DNA of 64,000 nt from an uncultured Bacilli bacterium. GTDB lineage: Bacteria > Bacillota_I > Bacilli_A > RF39 > UBA660. Below, piece after piece: positions 1 to 8,131 of the stretch. The stretch spans positions 9,227-73,226 of the forward strand of contig CALVRR010000004.1 of assembly GCA_944358705.1 (NCBI GenBank), written 5' to 3'. The translations under genes were made by a program, and so were the position numbers. Position 1 is the stretch's first letter. Every line of letters begins with the position of its first letter. Under the pieces are notes generated by a model. That model did not search any database and was not told the origin of the DNA. It saw only the letters and a program-made list of their open reading frames with translations.

Positions 1-697
1 TGTTACTATTTAATAATTCTAAAAAACGGGAACTGGTATTTAATTCTCTAGTACTAAGTAAATATTTAGAATCAGATAGCAAACGATCTTTATAATACAA
101 CTTATATGGTAATCGACAAGAACCTGCACACTCGCCGCGATTACCACTGCGTCCTCCAATCATAGAACTCATAAGACAACAACCAGAATAGGAAATACAC
201 AAAGCTCCGTGAATAAAAACTTCTTTTTCAATAGGAACATCAATTTCTTCTATTTCTTGCAAAGTCAATTCACGGGACATAACCACTCTTTTAACACCCA
301 TATCATAAAGCAATTTAACAACATCATAAGAAGAATTATTAAATTGGGTAGAGGCATGAACTTCTAAATTGGGATATTTTTTTAACACGTAAGAAATCAT
401 ACCAAAATCTTGCATTATAATAGCATCGACTCCATTTTTATATAAAAATTCTACCTGTTTTAAAAAATCAGAAACTTCTGCATCTTTCACCAAAGTATTC
501 ATAGTTACATAAAACTTAACATCATATAAATGACAAAGTCGAATTGCCTCTATCATTTCTTCATCGGTAAAATTTTTAGCAAATTTTCTGGCTCCAAAAT
601 TTTGACATCCACCATAAACAGCATCCGCTCCATTCGCAATAGCTTGCTTTAAACATTCCATATCTTGAACAGGTACCAAAAGTTCATGTTTCTTCAT
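1..697 (-). CDS. U32 family peptidase (RlhA-like RNA hydroxylation protein), 3' end outside window
   Basis: Own translation from ATG at 697 (RBS GAGGTG): MKKHELLVPVQDMECLKQAIANGADAVYGG..FGAR; later VDAIIMQDFG, HASTQ and NRGECAGSCR, typical U32 motifs. Confidence 0.85.
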   Translation of the reverse strand, partial: MKKHELLVPVQDMECLKQAIANGADAVYGGCQNFGARKFAKNFTDEEMIEAIRLCHLYDVKFYVTMNTLVKDAEVSDFLKQVEFLYKNGVDAIIMQDFGMISYVLKKYPNLEVHASTQFNNSSYDVVKLLYDMGVKRVVMSRELTLQEIEEIDVPIEKEVFIHGALCISYSGCCLMSSMIGGRSGNRGECAGSCRLPYKLYYKDRLLSDSKYLLSTRELNTSSRFLELLNSN

Positions 698-753
698 AAT
701 ATCACCTCTAACATTATATCATAAAAACACCCATTTTCGACATATACTGAAAT

Positions 754-1050
754 ATGAAAAACAACTTAACAAAAAAGAAAGAAACTTTTCTAAAATGGAT
801 AATAATCAGTATTTTTATAATTATTTTTTTAATCGAATATGGAAATCATCTCCAAAAAGAACCGTTTTATAATAAAGAAAAAGCAACAAAGAAATTAGGA
901 TGGACAATCACTTTTATTGTATTAATATGTATCTATATTGCAGAAAAAACAATAGTAACCATCGAAGAGCGAAGATTAATAAATAGTATGATAATATTTG
1001 CAGGAACTTTTTCATATCTTTATTTTCTTGCACAAAATAATGAATTATAA
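754..1050 (+). CDS. Small hypothetical membrane protein
   Basis: 98 aa ORF with about 3 hydrophobic segments; ends before a bidirectional hairpin. Confidence 0.5.
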   Translation: MKNNLTKKKETFLKWIIISIFIIIFLIEYGNHLQKEPFYNKEKATKKLGWTITFIVLICIYIAEKTIVTIEERRLINSMIIFAGTFSYLYFLAQNNEL

Positions 1051-1078
1051 AAAATGCCCTAAAGGATAACCAACACTA

Positions 1079-1115
1079 AAAAAGACTTCTAACGAACAAT
1101 GCTAGAAGTCTTTTT
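1079..1115. terminator. Probable bidirectional intrinsic terminator
   Basis: Perfect 13-bp inverted repeat aaaaagacttcta / tagaagtcttttt between convergent ORFs. Confidence 0.7.
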
Positions 1116-1865
1116 ATTGGTAGGTAACATCGTATATAAAGCTTTTGCTCTTTCTATGTTTGCTTCATGTTCAGAAAACAATTGACGATAATTAGAACTT
1201 TCACAAGACGAAAATCCAGAGTAGCCATCCATATCAGGAAATCCCTGATGCAAAATATCTTTCAAAGATACCCTAGGACTGTCCAATTGTACATCTTTTT
1301 CTACAAAACATTTATGTTTTGATTCAAAATCTCCAAAGAAACGACTAGTTAAATCTATCGGATAATCGCCAGTAGAAGTAATCAGACAATCCTCTTTTAT
1401 TTCCCCATTGATATTAGAAGCCATCCGTTCTATTTCAACACGATGAACACCATCTCCTGCAAACAAAGAATCACTAATAAAAGCTTCATGTTCTATTCCA
1501 TCAGGACGAACCCAAACAGTACTAGTACTCCTTTTTATATTATCTTCATTCTCCACTTTCAATAAGCATCCATCATCACCATAAGAAATAGTACAAACTA
1601 GTGGCTTTTTACCCATTTCATGAAATCCCAAAGATAAAGTTACTTCACCAGCACTCGTTGCTTTTCTATGATTAAGTAAAAATGTAATAACCTCTTTCTG
1701 TGTTGTATCATCCAAATCCCAAAATTCCATTCTGGCAAGACCTTCGTATTTCTTTTGTAATAAAGTATCGGAACTTTCTACAGAAGAATAGTTTTCACTA
1801 CTAGATAAAGAATTTTGTTGATTTCTTCTAACTTGCTCCATCGCAAGTGATAATACTAATGACAT
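1089..1865 (-). CDS. Hypothetical cytoplasmic protein
   Basis: ORF track 1089-1925; likely start MSLVLS at 1865 after AAAGGGG RBS; no motif recognised. Confidence 0.6.
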   Translation of the reverse strand: MSLVLSLAMEQVRRNQQNSLSSSENYSSVESSDTLLQKKYEGLARMEFWDLDDTTQKEVITFLLNHRKATSAGEVTLSLGFHEMGKKPLVCTISYGDDGCLLKVENEDNIKRSTSTVWVRPDGIEHEAFISDSLFAGDGVHRVEIERMASNINGEIKEDCLITSTGDYPIDLTSRFFGDFESKHKCFVEKDVQLDSPRVSLKDILHQGFPDMDGYSGFSSCESSNYRQLFSEHEANIERAKALYTMLPTNKKTSSIVR

Positions 1866-1923
1866 TTTTATACCCCTTTTCCATTTAAGTGAGCATATTA
1901 TATCACAAATATTGAAAAAAGTC

Positions 1924-1952
1924 AAAAAAAAACAACCTATAGGGTCGTTTTT
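1924..1952 (-). terminator. Intrinsic terminator of rubrerythrin gene
   Basis: Minus strand aaacgacc-ctata-ggttgttt followed by U tract. Confidence 0.65.
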
Positions 1953-1954
1953 TC

Positions 1955-2500
1955 TTATTCATAATTATCGGCTTTAACTTCCATAAAACTTTGTGGATGA
2001 GCACAAACTGGACAAACATTAAGTGCTTCTTTACCAGTATAAACGTATCCACAATTACGGCATACCCAAATTTTATCTCCATCCTTCTTGAATACTCTTT
2101 CATCTTTAATATTCTGAAGTAATGTTAAGTATCTCTTTTCATGTTCCTTCTCAATCTCGCCAACTTTTTCAAATAATGTAGCAAGTCTTGTAAATCCTTC
2201 TTCTCTTGCAGTTTCAGCAAAATTTTTATACATATCTGTCCATTCGTAGTTTTCACCAGCTGCAGCATCTTCTAAGTTCGTTGTTGTATCAGGAATATCT
2301 CCACCATGTAATTCTTTAAACCATAATTTTGCATGTTCTTTTTCATTATTAGCTGTTTCTTCAAATATAGCAGCTAATTGCTCAAAACCATCCTTACGAG
2401 CTTTCTTAGCATAAAAAGTATATTTATTTCTAGCTTGACTTTCTCCTGCAAAAGCAGTCATTAAATTTTGTTCTGTTTTTGTTCCTTTATAATTTTCCAT
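1955..2500 (-). CDS. rbr: Rubrerythrin
   Basis: [23 protein letters not shown] and EKEHE di-iron motifs; C-terminal CRNCG..CPVCAHP rubredoxin domain; start MENYKG after strong RBS. Confidence 0.95.
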   Translation of the reverse strand: MENYKGTKTEQNLMTAFAGESQARNKYTFYAKKARKDGFEQLAAIFEETANNEKEHAKLWFKELHGGDIPDTTTNLEDAAAGENYEWTDMYKNFAETAREEGFTRLATLFEKVGEIEKEHEKRYLTLLQNIKDERVFKKDGDKIWVCRNCGYVYTGKEALNVCPVCAHPQSFMEVKADNYE

Positions 2501-2630
2501 TTCAATACCTTCCTTCCTCAATTTTTAATTAAGAATCAGTATGTAACATACCTATCACTTACATCATAGCACAAATAATAAAGTGTCACAACTATTCTCT
2601 ATAATTATTACTTTCTAAAAGCAAAACACA

Positions 2631-3008
2631 CTACTTACATTCATTACATATTCCTTCACATAAAATATGAATATCAGAAATTTGTAAATGATGCTTTTTT
2701 TCTATCTCTCCAAAAAGATAGTCCGCCTCATTTCCATATAAATCCACCAATCGATGACATTTTTGACAAACAAAATGATAATGTTTATTACAATTTCCGT
2801 CATAATGATCAATTCCATCATTCGTAGGGATTTTTTGAACTAAATTTTCTTTTACAAACTTTGAAACATTACGATATACCGTTGCTTGACCAATAGATGG
2901 ATCTATTTCATGAACTGCATCATAAAGTTCCAAAATCGTAGGATGAGTATTCATATTTTGCAAAGTATGAAGAATAATTTCCTTTTGTTTTGTATTTCGT
3001 GTATTCAT
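2631..3008 (-). CDS. Fur family transcriptional repressor (PerR-like)
   Basis: HPT, ATVYR, HYHFVCQKC, GICNEC motifs; adjacent to rubrerythrin. Confidence 0.9.
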   Translation of the reverse strand: MNTRNTKQKEIILHTLQNMNTHPTILELYDAVHEIDPSIGQATVYRNVSKFVKENLVQKIPTNDGIDHYDGNCNKHYHFVCQKCHRLVDLYGNEADYLFGEIEKKHHLQISDIHILCEGICNECK

Positions 3009-3021
3009 AAGCCTTCCTTAT

Positions 3022-3036
3022 CGATAATAATTATCA
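3022..3036. promoter_or_regulatory. Fur/Per-box-like 7-1-7 operator
   Basis: CGATAAT-A-ATTATCA, one mismatch to Bacillus Fur box TGATAATnATTATCA, overlapping the predicted start site of the Fur-family gene. Confidence 0.7.
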
Positions 3037-3041
3037 ATTAA

Positions 3042-3070
3042 ATTATAATAAATATTTATTCCCATGTCAA
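3042..3070 (-). promoter_or_regulatory. Sigma-A promoter of Fur-family gene
   Basis: Perfect TTGACA-17bp-TATAAT. Confidence 0.8.
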
Positions 3071-3109
3071 CCAAAAAAAATAAAAGCATAAATTATAATA
3101 GGTGATAAA

Positions 3110-3322
3110 ATGAAAACAAAACATAACTTATTTTGTCGCTGTAATTATTGCAAACAAAAAAGAAGAAATAGCATTTTTTACCTATTAGGAATTATAGCGA
3201 CATTAATTATCATTTTTTATCAAATTATTCTACTTATCTTTATAACAACAAGATTAAACGCTATAATTTTGCTAATCGAATTTGCTCTCATTTGTTTCTT
3301 GATCTTTCTGATTTTGTTTTAA
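3110..3322 (+). CDS. Small membrane protein
   Basis: 70 aa, RBS AGGTGA, N-terminal CxCxxC and two hydrophobic segments; overlaps end of ysxE-like gene. Confidence 0.4.
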   Translation: MKTKHNLFCRCNYCKQKRRNSIFYLLGIIATLIIIFYQIILLIFITTRLNAIILLIEFALICFLIFLILF

Positions 3323-4156
3323 AATAAAACTATTCACTTTAGAAGAATAAAAAATACTCTCATGAACAAGAATAGTATTCTTATAATGATCAGAAGAAAA
3401 AGATATTTCACAATCAAGCAATAACAAACTAAAAAACAAATACATTTCATCTTTTGTAAACTGAAACTTACTTTGATAAATCTGAAATAAAGAATTCATC
3501 TCCAAAATAGAATAATGTTGCTTAAAAAAATATAAAAAATCAGAAATAGGATAACCTTTTTCAGATAAATCCCAGTGTATAAAGTATGGTGTTTTACGAT
3601 CAACAAAATTAGATAAACAAGGCTGTTTATGAAGTAACACGACTCGTTCTCTTGTAGAATCTTTCTTTAAATCATACCAATCATCCAAATATCTTTTACT
3701 TAAAAATAAATTTTCATATAATAAACTAATATTACGAACCAATAAATATTCATCCGGTGCCATATAAATATGAGCTTCGATATCATCATGTAGCTTATGA
3801 TAATAAGCATCCAGTTGTTCTATTTTATTAGAAATATCTTCATACATTTTTTTTACAGAATCCATAGCAACTTCCTGGTAAGAAGTTGTTTTAATATGCA
3901 ATAAGCTCAAAATATGAACCAAATCAATTGCTTTATCCTCGAATAAAATATCATCTTCAACATAAGGATAAAGTTCATAAGAATCAGAAATAGAATTTTC
4001 CATAGGTAAAAAGAAAGGAAAATCTCTTTGCTCCAAATAACGAAATATTTTAACTTTATCATTTGACTTTGGAGTAATGATAAATTTTCCCCTTGGTGTT
4101 TCAATAAGTTTATCACCATGGATATAAGAACACTTAGAAATGTTAAACTTACTCAT
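3272..4156 (-). CDS. ysxE: YsxE/CotS-like spore coat protein (kinase-like fold, degenerate)
   Basis: IETPRGKF, LSLLHIKT, YHKLHDDIE..YMAPDEY; coupled to spoVID-like gene as in Bacillus. Confidence 0.65.
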   Translation of the reverse strand: MSKFNISKCSYIHGDKLIETPRGKFIITPKSNDKVKIFRYLEQRDFPFFLPMENSISDSYELYPYVEDDILFEDKAIDLVHILSLLHIKTTSYQEVAMDSVKKMYEDISNKIEQLDAYYHKLHDDIEAHIYMAPDEYLLVRNISLLYENLFLSKRYLDDWYDLKKDSTRERVVLLHKQPCLSNFVDRKTPYFIHWDLSEKGYPISDFLYFFKQHYSILEMNSLFQIYQSKFQFTKDEMYLFFSLLLLDCEISFSSDHYKNTILVHESIFYSSKVNSFILKQNQKDQETNESKFD

Positions 4157-4958
4157 GGTTATGAGTGGGAATAATTACTTTAGAACCGATAGACAAATTA
4201 GATAAATCATTATAACTTTCTAATTCTTCCTTAGTAACTTGATATTTATCCATAATCATCTCAATAGTATCGTTTTGTCTAAAAATATAAACAGAATAAG
4301 TAGCAAAGGTTTCATCACTATCTTTAAAAGAAGAAAATAAGGATCCTACATCTTCTCTAGCTGCTCCCTTTTCTTCCTTATTTAAATTTTTTTCAGGTTT
4401 TCCCTCCATCGCCGCAACCGCAACAGTTTTAGAATTGACCACTTCAAATTCAGGTTCATTATTAGAAATAGATTCCGTATCCGCAGTCATAGTATCAAGA
4501 GCAACAGTATTCATATCAGAAGAAATACCTTCATCACCATCACATTCACGAATGATTTTCGTATCGTTTTCCACTCTATCTTCTTCCACACTTCTTAAAC
4601 TATCTTCCAAACGAGTATCATCAACCACATCAATTATTTCTACCCCTTCAATCAACAATTCAATATGACATAAAATACTATCATCTTCCTGAATCTCATA
4701 TCGAAAATCTTCAATACTAACCTTTCTAGTTTCTTCCTCTAATTTCTCTGTAAGAACAATTTCAATAGGCAAATGAAAAGAAAAATCTTCTTCCAATCTA
4801 GAAGCCGCCGTTAACTTATATTTTCCAGAAACAACTAATTCTCCAGAAATCGTACTATCATCTGTAAAAGACAAATCTTGTTCCAAAGAAATAGAGGAAA
4901 TATCTCCAATCATAGTCTTAAATTCCAATTTTTTATCAAAAGAAATAACTTTTTGCAT
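4149..4958 (-). CDS. spoVID: SpoVID-like spore coat morphogenetic protein with C-terminal LysM
   Basis: N-terminal ISSISLE..ISGELVVSGKY..F.LPIEI domain, acidic linker, LysM (YIFRQNDTIEMIMDKY..LESYN..VIIP). Confidence 0.75.
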   Translation of the reverse strand: MQKVISFDKKLEFKTMIGDISSISLEQDLSFTDDSTISGELVVSGKYKLTAASRLEEDFSFHLPIEIVLTEKLEEETRKVSIEDFRYEIQEDDSILCHIELLIEGVEIIDVVDDTRLEDSLRSVEEDRVENDTKIIRECDGDEGISSDMNTVALDTMTADTESISNNEPEFEVVNSKTVAVAAMEGKPEKNLNKEEKGAAREDVGSLFSSFKDSDETFATYSVYIFRQNDTIEMIMDKYQVTKEELESYNDLSNLSIGSKVIIPTHNHE

Positions 4959-4975
4959 CTAATCCCTCCTAAAAA

Positions 4976-5003
4976 ATTATATGTAAAAGAAAAAAGTATA
5001 TGA
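4976..5003 (-). promoter_or_regulatory. Possible sigma-E sporulation promoter
   Basis: TCATATA-13bp-CATATAAT upstream of spoVID-like gene; resembles the Bacillus sigE consensus. Confidence 0.4.
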
Positions 5004-5013
5004 AAAAAAAGAA

Positions 5014-5691
5014 CTATTTTAGTCCTTTTAATTTTTGTATACTATCTTTGGCTTCTTTTGCATACTGATAAAACTTCCCTCTCCTTTTATAAAAAGAAAC
5101 ATCAACAAAAGAATCCAAGTAAGAAATTGTCCGTTGATAAAAGGAAGAATCATCAAAAAATCTTGGATAAACAGAGCAAAAATAATTCAAGCTAGACACA
5201 ACATCCCCTCTAGCAAGACCAAAACTTTCATTTTCAGAAAACATATGGTAAACCAAAATATCATTGGAATTAGCCACAACAAATTCTTCATGACTGCAAA
5301 AGGAAAACTTACGCATTTCTTCTTGCCACTCCCGGTAATGAAATAATTTAGAATTTTTAGAAATAATATCGATATTTGATAAACTATTTAAACCTAAAAG
5401 TACCTCATTAGAAACTTCCGTAAAATTAGAATCCTGAAATCGAAAACGACAGTTCTGAATAACTTCATAAACTTTTTCTGGATAAGAAGAATCTAACAAG
5501 AAAAACGTATCCTCACAATCAAGCATAATATTAGCTGAATCAATAACTTCTCCATAAAAACCAGGATCCAAACAATATTCACATAATTGTGAAGTAGAAA
5601 GTACAGTCAAATAATTCTTAAAATTCATCATTTGTACTAAATCATCCACAGAATAAGAATTAAAATCAACAATCTTAACGTCTCCCACCAT
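5014..5691 (-). CDS. Hypothetical protein
   Basis: ORF track 5014-5730; likely start MVGDVK at 5691 just after the lon stop. Confidence 0.6.
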   Translation of the reverse strand: MVGDVKIVDFNSYSVDDLVQMMNFKNYLTVLSTSQLCEYCLDPGFYGEVIDSANIMLDCEDTFFLLDSSYPEKVYEVIQNCRFRFQDSNFTEVSNEVLLGLNSLSNIDIISKNSKLFHYREWQEEMRKFSFCSHEEFVVANSNDILVYHMFSENESFGLARGDVVSSLNYFCSVYPRFFDDSSFYQRTISYLDSFVDVSFYKRRGKFYQYAKEAKDSIQKLKGLK

Positions 5692-5692
5692 C

Positions 5693-7999
5693 TTACCCCC
5701 TACCAAATAATCTTTGGTAAATATCACCATATTTTTCTACAAATACAAAGGTTATTTGTTTTTTTAATTCCTCTGGAATCTCATCTAAATCTTTTCTATT
5801 CTCTCTTGGTAAGAAAATTTTACGAATACCTGCTCTATGAGCACCGATTACTTTTTCACGAAGACCACCAATTTCTAAAATTCGACCACGTAACGTAATT
5901 TCACCCGTCATAGCCACATTATTTGCAACAGCATGATTTTTAAACAAGCTAACTAAAGCAGTAGTAATTGCAATCCCAGCCGAAGGTCCATCTTTAGCAA
6001 CGGCCCCCTCTGGAAAATGAATATGGATATCATTTTCAGAAAGTAAATTGGAATCAATCGAAAAGGAACCAGCATTAGCTTTAATATAACTAAAAGAAAT
6101 TTGGCAAGACTCTTGCATAACATCGCCCAAGGAACCCGTTAGAATAAGTTCACCCTTACCTGGAAACATAGTAACCTCAATTGGTAAAATATCTCCACCA
6201 AAAGCCGTATAAGCCATTCCGTTAACAACACCAACTTCACTTTTTTTACCAGTTTTTTCATAACTAAACTTTTTCTTCCCTAAAAATGCTTCCAAATCCT
6301 TCTCTCCAATAGGATAAAAAACTTGTTCCTTCTCTAATAACATTTTCTTAACAATTTTTCGGAACAAAGAAGCAATTCTACGATCCAATTCACGGACCCC
6401 TGCTTCTTTTGTATAATATCGAATAATAGCAAGAATAGCATCATCATCAAGTTGTACTTGTAAAGAGGTTAATCCGTGCTCTTCCAAAGCCCTAGGAATC
6501 AAATGGTTCTTAGCAATATCCAATTTTTCATACTCGGTATAGCTAGTAAGTTCAATAATTTCCAAACGATCACGAAGCTCATATGGAATCTGTTCAATAT
6601 AATTTGCAGTAGCAATAAACAATACTTTAGATAAATCAAATTCTTCTTCGATATAGTGATCAGAAAACTTATCATTTTGTTCTGGATCTAAAACCTCAAG
6701 CAAACTACTAGCAGGATCTCCTTTAATATCTTTTGTCATCTTATCAATTTCATCAATAATAAAGACTGGATTCGCCGTACCAGCTTTACGAATCCCTTGA
6801 ATAATTCGTCCAGGAATAGCTCCCACATAAGTTCTTCGATGCCCTACAATTTCTGCCTCATCATTAATACCACCAACACTAATTTTAGCAGTTTTCCTTC
6901 CTAGACTCTCAGCAATACTTAAAGCTAAAGAAGTTTTTCCAACCCCTGGAGGACCTACCAAACAAAGAATAGGACTACGCAAATTATTTGTATTCTGTTT
7001 TACTGCTAAATACTCTAAAATTCGAGATTTTACTTCCTCTAAAGCATAATGAGTAGAATTTAAAATCTGTTCTACCTTAACCAAATCTTTTGTATCCTTA
7101 GTATAAATATTCCAAGGTAAATGAAGCATCCAATCTAAATAATCACGAATCATTCCAAGTTCAGGGGAATGACTACTCATAGCTTCATATCTAGAAATTT
7201 CACTTTTAATTTTTTCCCGAACTTTATAATTACATTTTAACTTAGAAAGACGTTTCTTTAAATTTTCAATCTCATCTTCTTTACTATTGATATCACCAAG
7301 TTCTCGTTTAATAGCACGAAGCTTTTCTCTTAAAAAATATTCTTTCTGACTTTCTTCAATCTCCTGTTCAACTTCACTTTCAATTTTTCGCTCTAATTCA
7401 AGAAACTTTATCTCTTCATTCATATCTTCAATTAGTATACGTGCACGTTCTATAGGAGAAATTGTCATCACATACTTCTTCTTTTTATTATAATCAACCG
7501 GTAAAAAAGAACCAATTAAATCACAAAGTTCATTTAAACTTTCCACCGTATCCAATTGACTAATAATAGCATTACTCATATAGGGAGCTTTTTCAATATA
7601 TTTATCTAAAGACTTCATCAAAAGAGAATAATAATTCTTATCTTCCTCCGAAGAAGGAATTACCACTTCACTAATATCTGCTTGATAGAAATGGTTCTGA
7701 TAAAAATAATTAGAAACATGAACACGTTTTATTCCTTCAATAACTACTCTAGTTTTTCCATTAGGAACATTTAATTTTAATTTAATTTGCCCTAAAATAC
7801 CATAACTAGGAAGCGAAGTAACGTCAACAACATAATTGGAATCTATGGGATGAACAATTACTAAATATTTATCATCAGTGTTATCTGCATAATCAATACT
7901 AGCCTTTTCAAAAGAATCATCGTATTCAATACGAATCTCATTATTTGGAAAAACTACAACATCGTTCAAAGCCAAAACAGCTAGTTTTTGATTATTCAT
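5693..7999 (-). CDS. lon: ATP-dependent Lon protease
   Basis: Walker A GPPGVGKT, HRRTYVGAIPG, IDEIDK, catalytic KDGPSAG and IGGLREK. Confidence 0.97.
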   Translation of the reverse strand: MNNQKLAVLALNDVVVFPNNEIRIEYDDSFEKASIDYADNTDDKYLVIVHPIDSNYVVDVTSLPSYGILGQIKLKLNVPNGKTRVVIEGIKRVHVSNYFYQNHFYQADISEVVIPSSEEDKNYYSLLMKSLDKYIEKAPYMSNAIISQLDTVESLNELCDLIGSFLPVDYNKKKKYVMTISPIERARILIEDMNEEIKFLELERKIESEVEQEIEESQKEYFLREKLRAIKRELGDINSKEDEIENLKKRLSKLKCNYKVREKIKSEISRYEAMSSHSPELGMIRDYLDWMLHLPWNIYTKDTKDLVKVEQILNSTHYALEEVKSRILEYLAVKQNTNNLRSPILCLVGPPGVGKTSLALSIAESLGRKTAKISVGGINDEAEIVGHRRTYVGAIPGRIIQGIRKAGTANPVFIIDEIDKMTKDIKGDPASSLLEVLDPEQNDKFSDHYIEEEFDLSKVLFIATANYIEQIPYELRDRLEIIELTSYTEYEKLDIAKNHLIPRALEEHGLTSLQVQLDDDAILAIIRYYTKEAGVRELDRRIASLFRKIVKKMLLEKEQVFYPIGEKDLEAFLGKKKFSYEKTGKKSEVGVVNGMAYTAFGGDILPIEVTMFPGKGELILTGSLGDVMQESCQISFSYIKANAGSFSIDSNLLSENDIHIHFPEGAVAKDGPSAGIAITTALVSLFKNHAVANNVAMTGEITLRGRILEIGGLREKVIGAHRAGIRKIFLPRENRKDLDEIPEELKKQITFVFVEKYGDIYQRLFGRG

Positions 8000-8097
8000 A
8001 GATAGTTCACCTCCAAATTTTAAATACTGCTTACTATTATATAATAAAAGAACTTCTACATCAAGAAATTAACTAACATTTTCAGAAATTACCAAAC

Positions 8098-8120
8098 AAA
8101 AAGGATAAATAATTTATCCT
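8098..8120 (-). terminator. Intrinsic terminator after VWA gene
   Basis: aggataaa/tttatcct stem plus U tract. Confidence 0.6.
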
Positions 8121-8131
8121 AACTCTATAAA

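Noticed and set aside
1903-2103. 66 aa ORF overlapping the rbr 3' end
   Set aside because: Alternative frame running through the terminator; no supporting features
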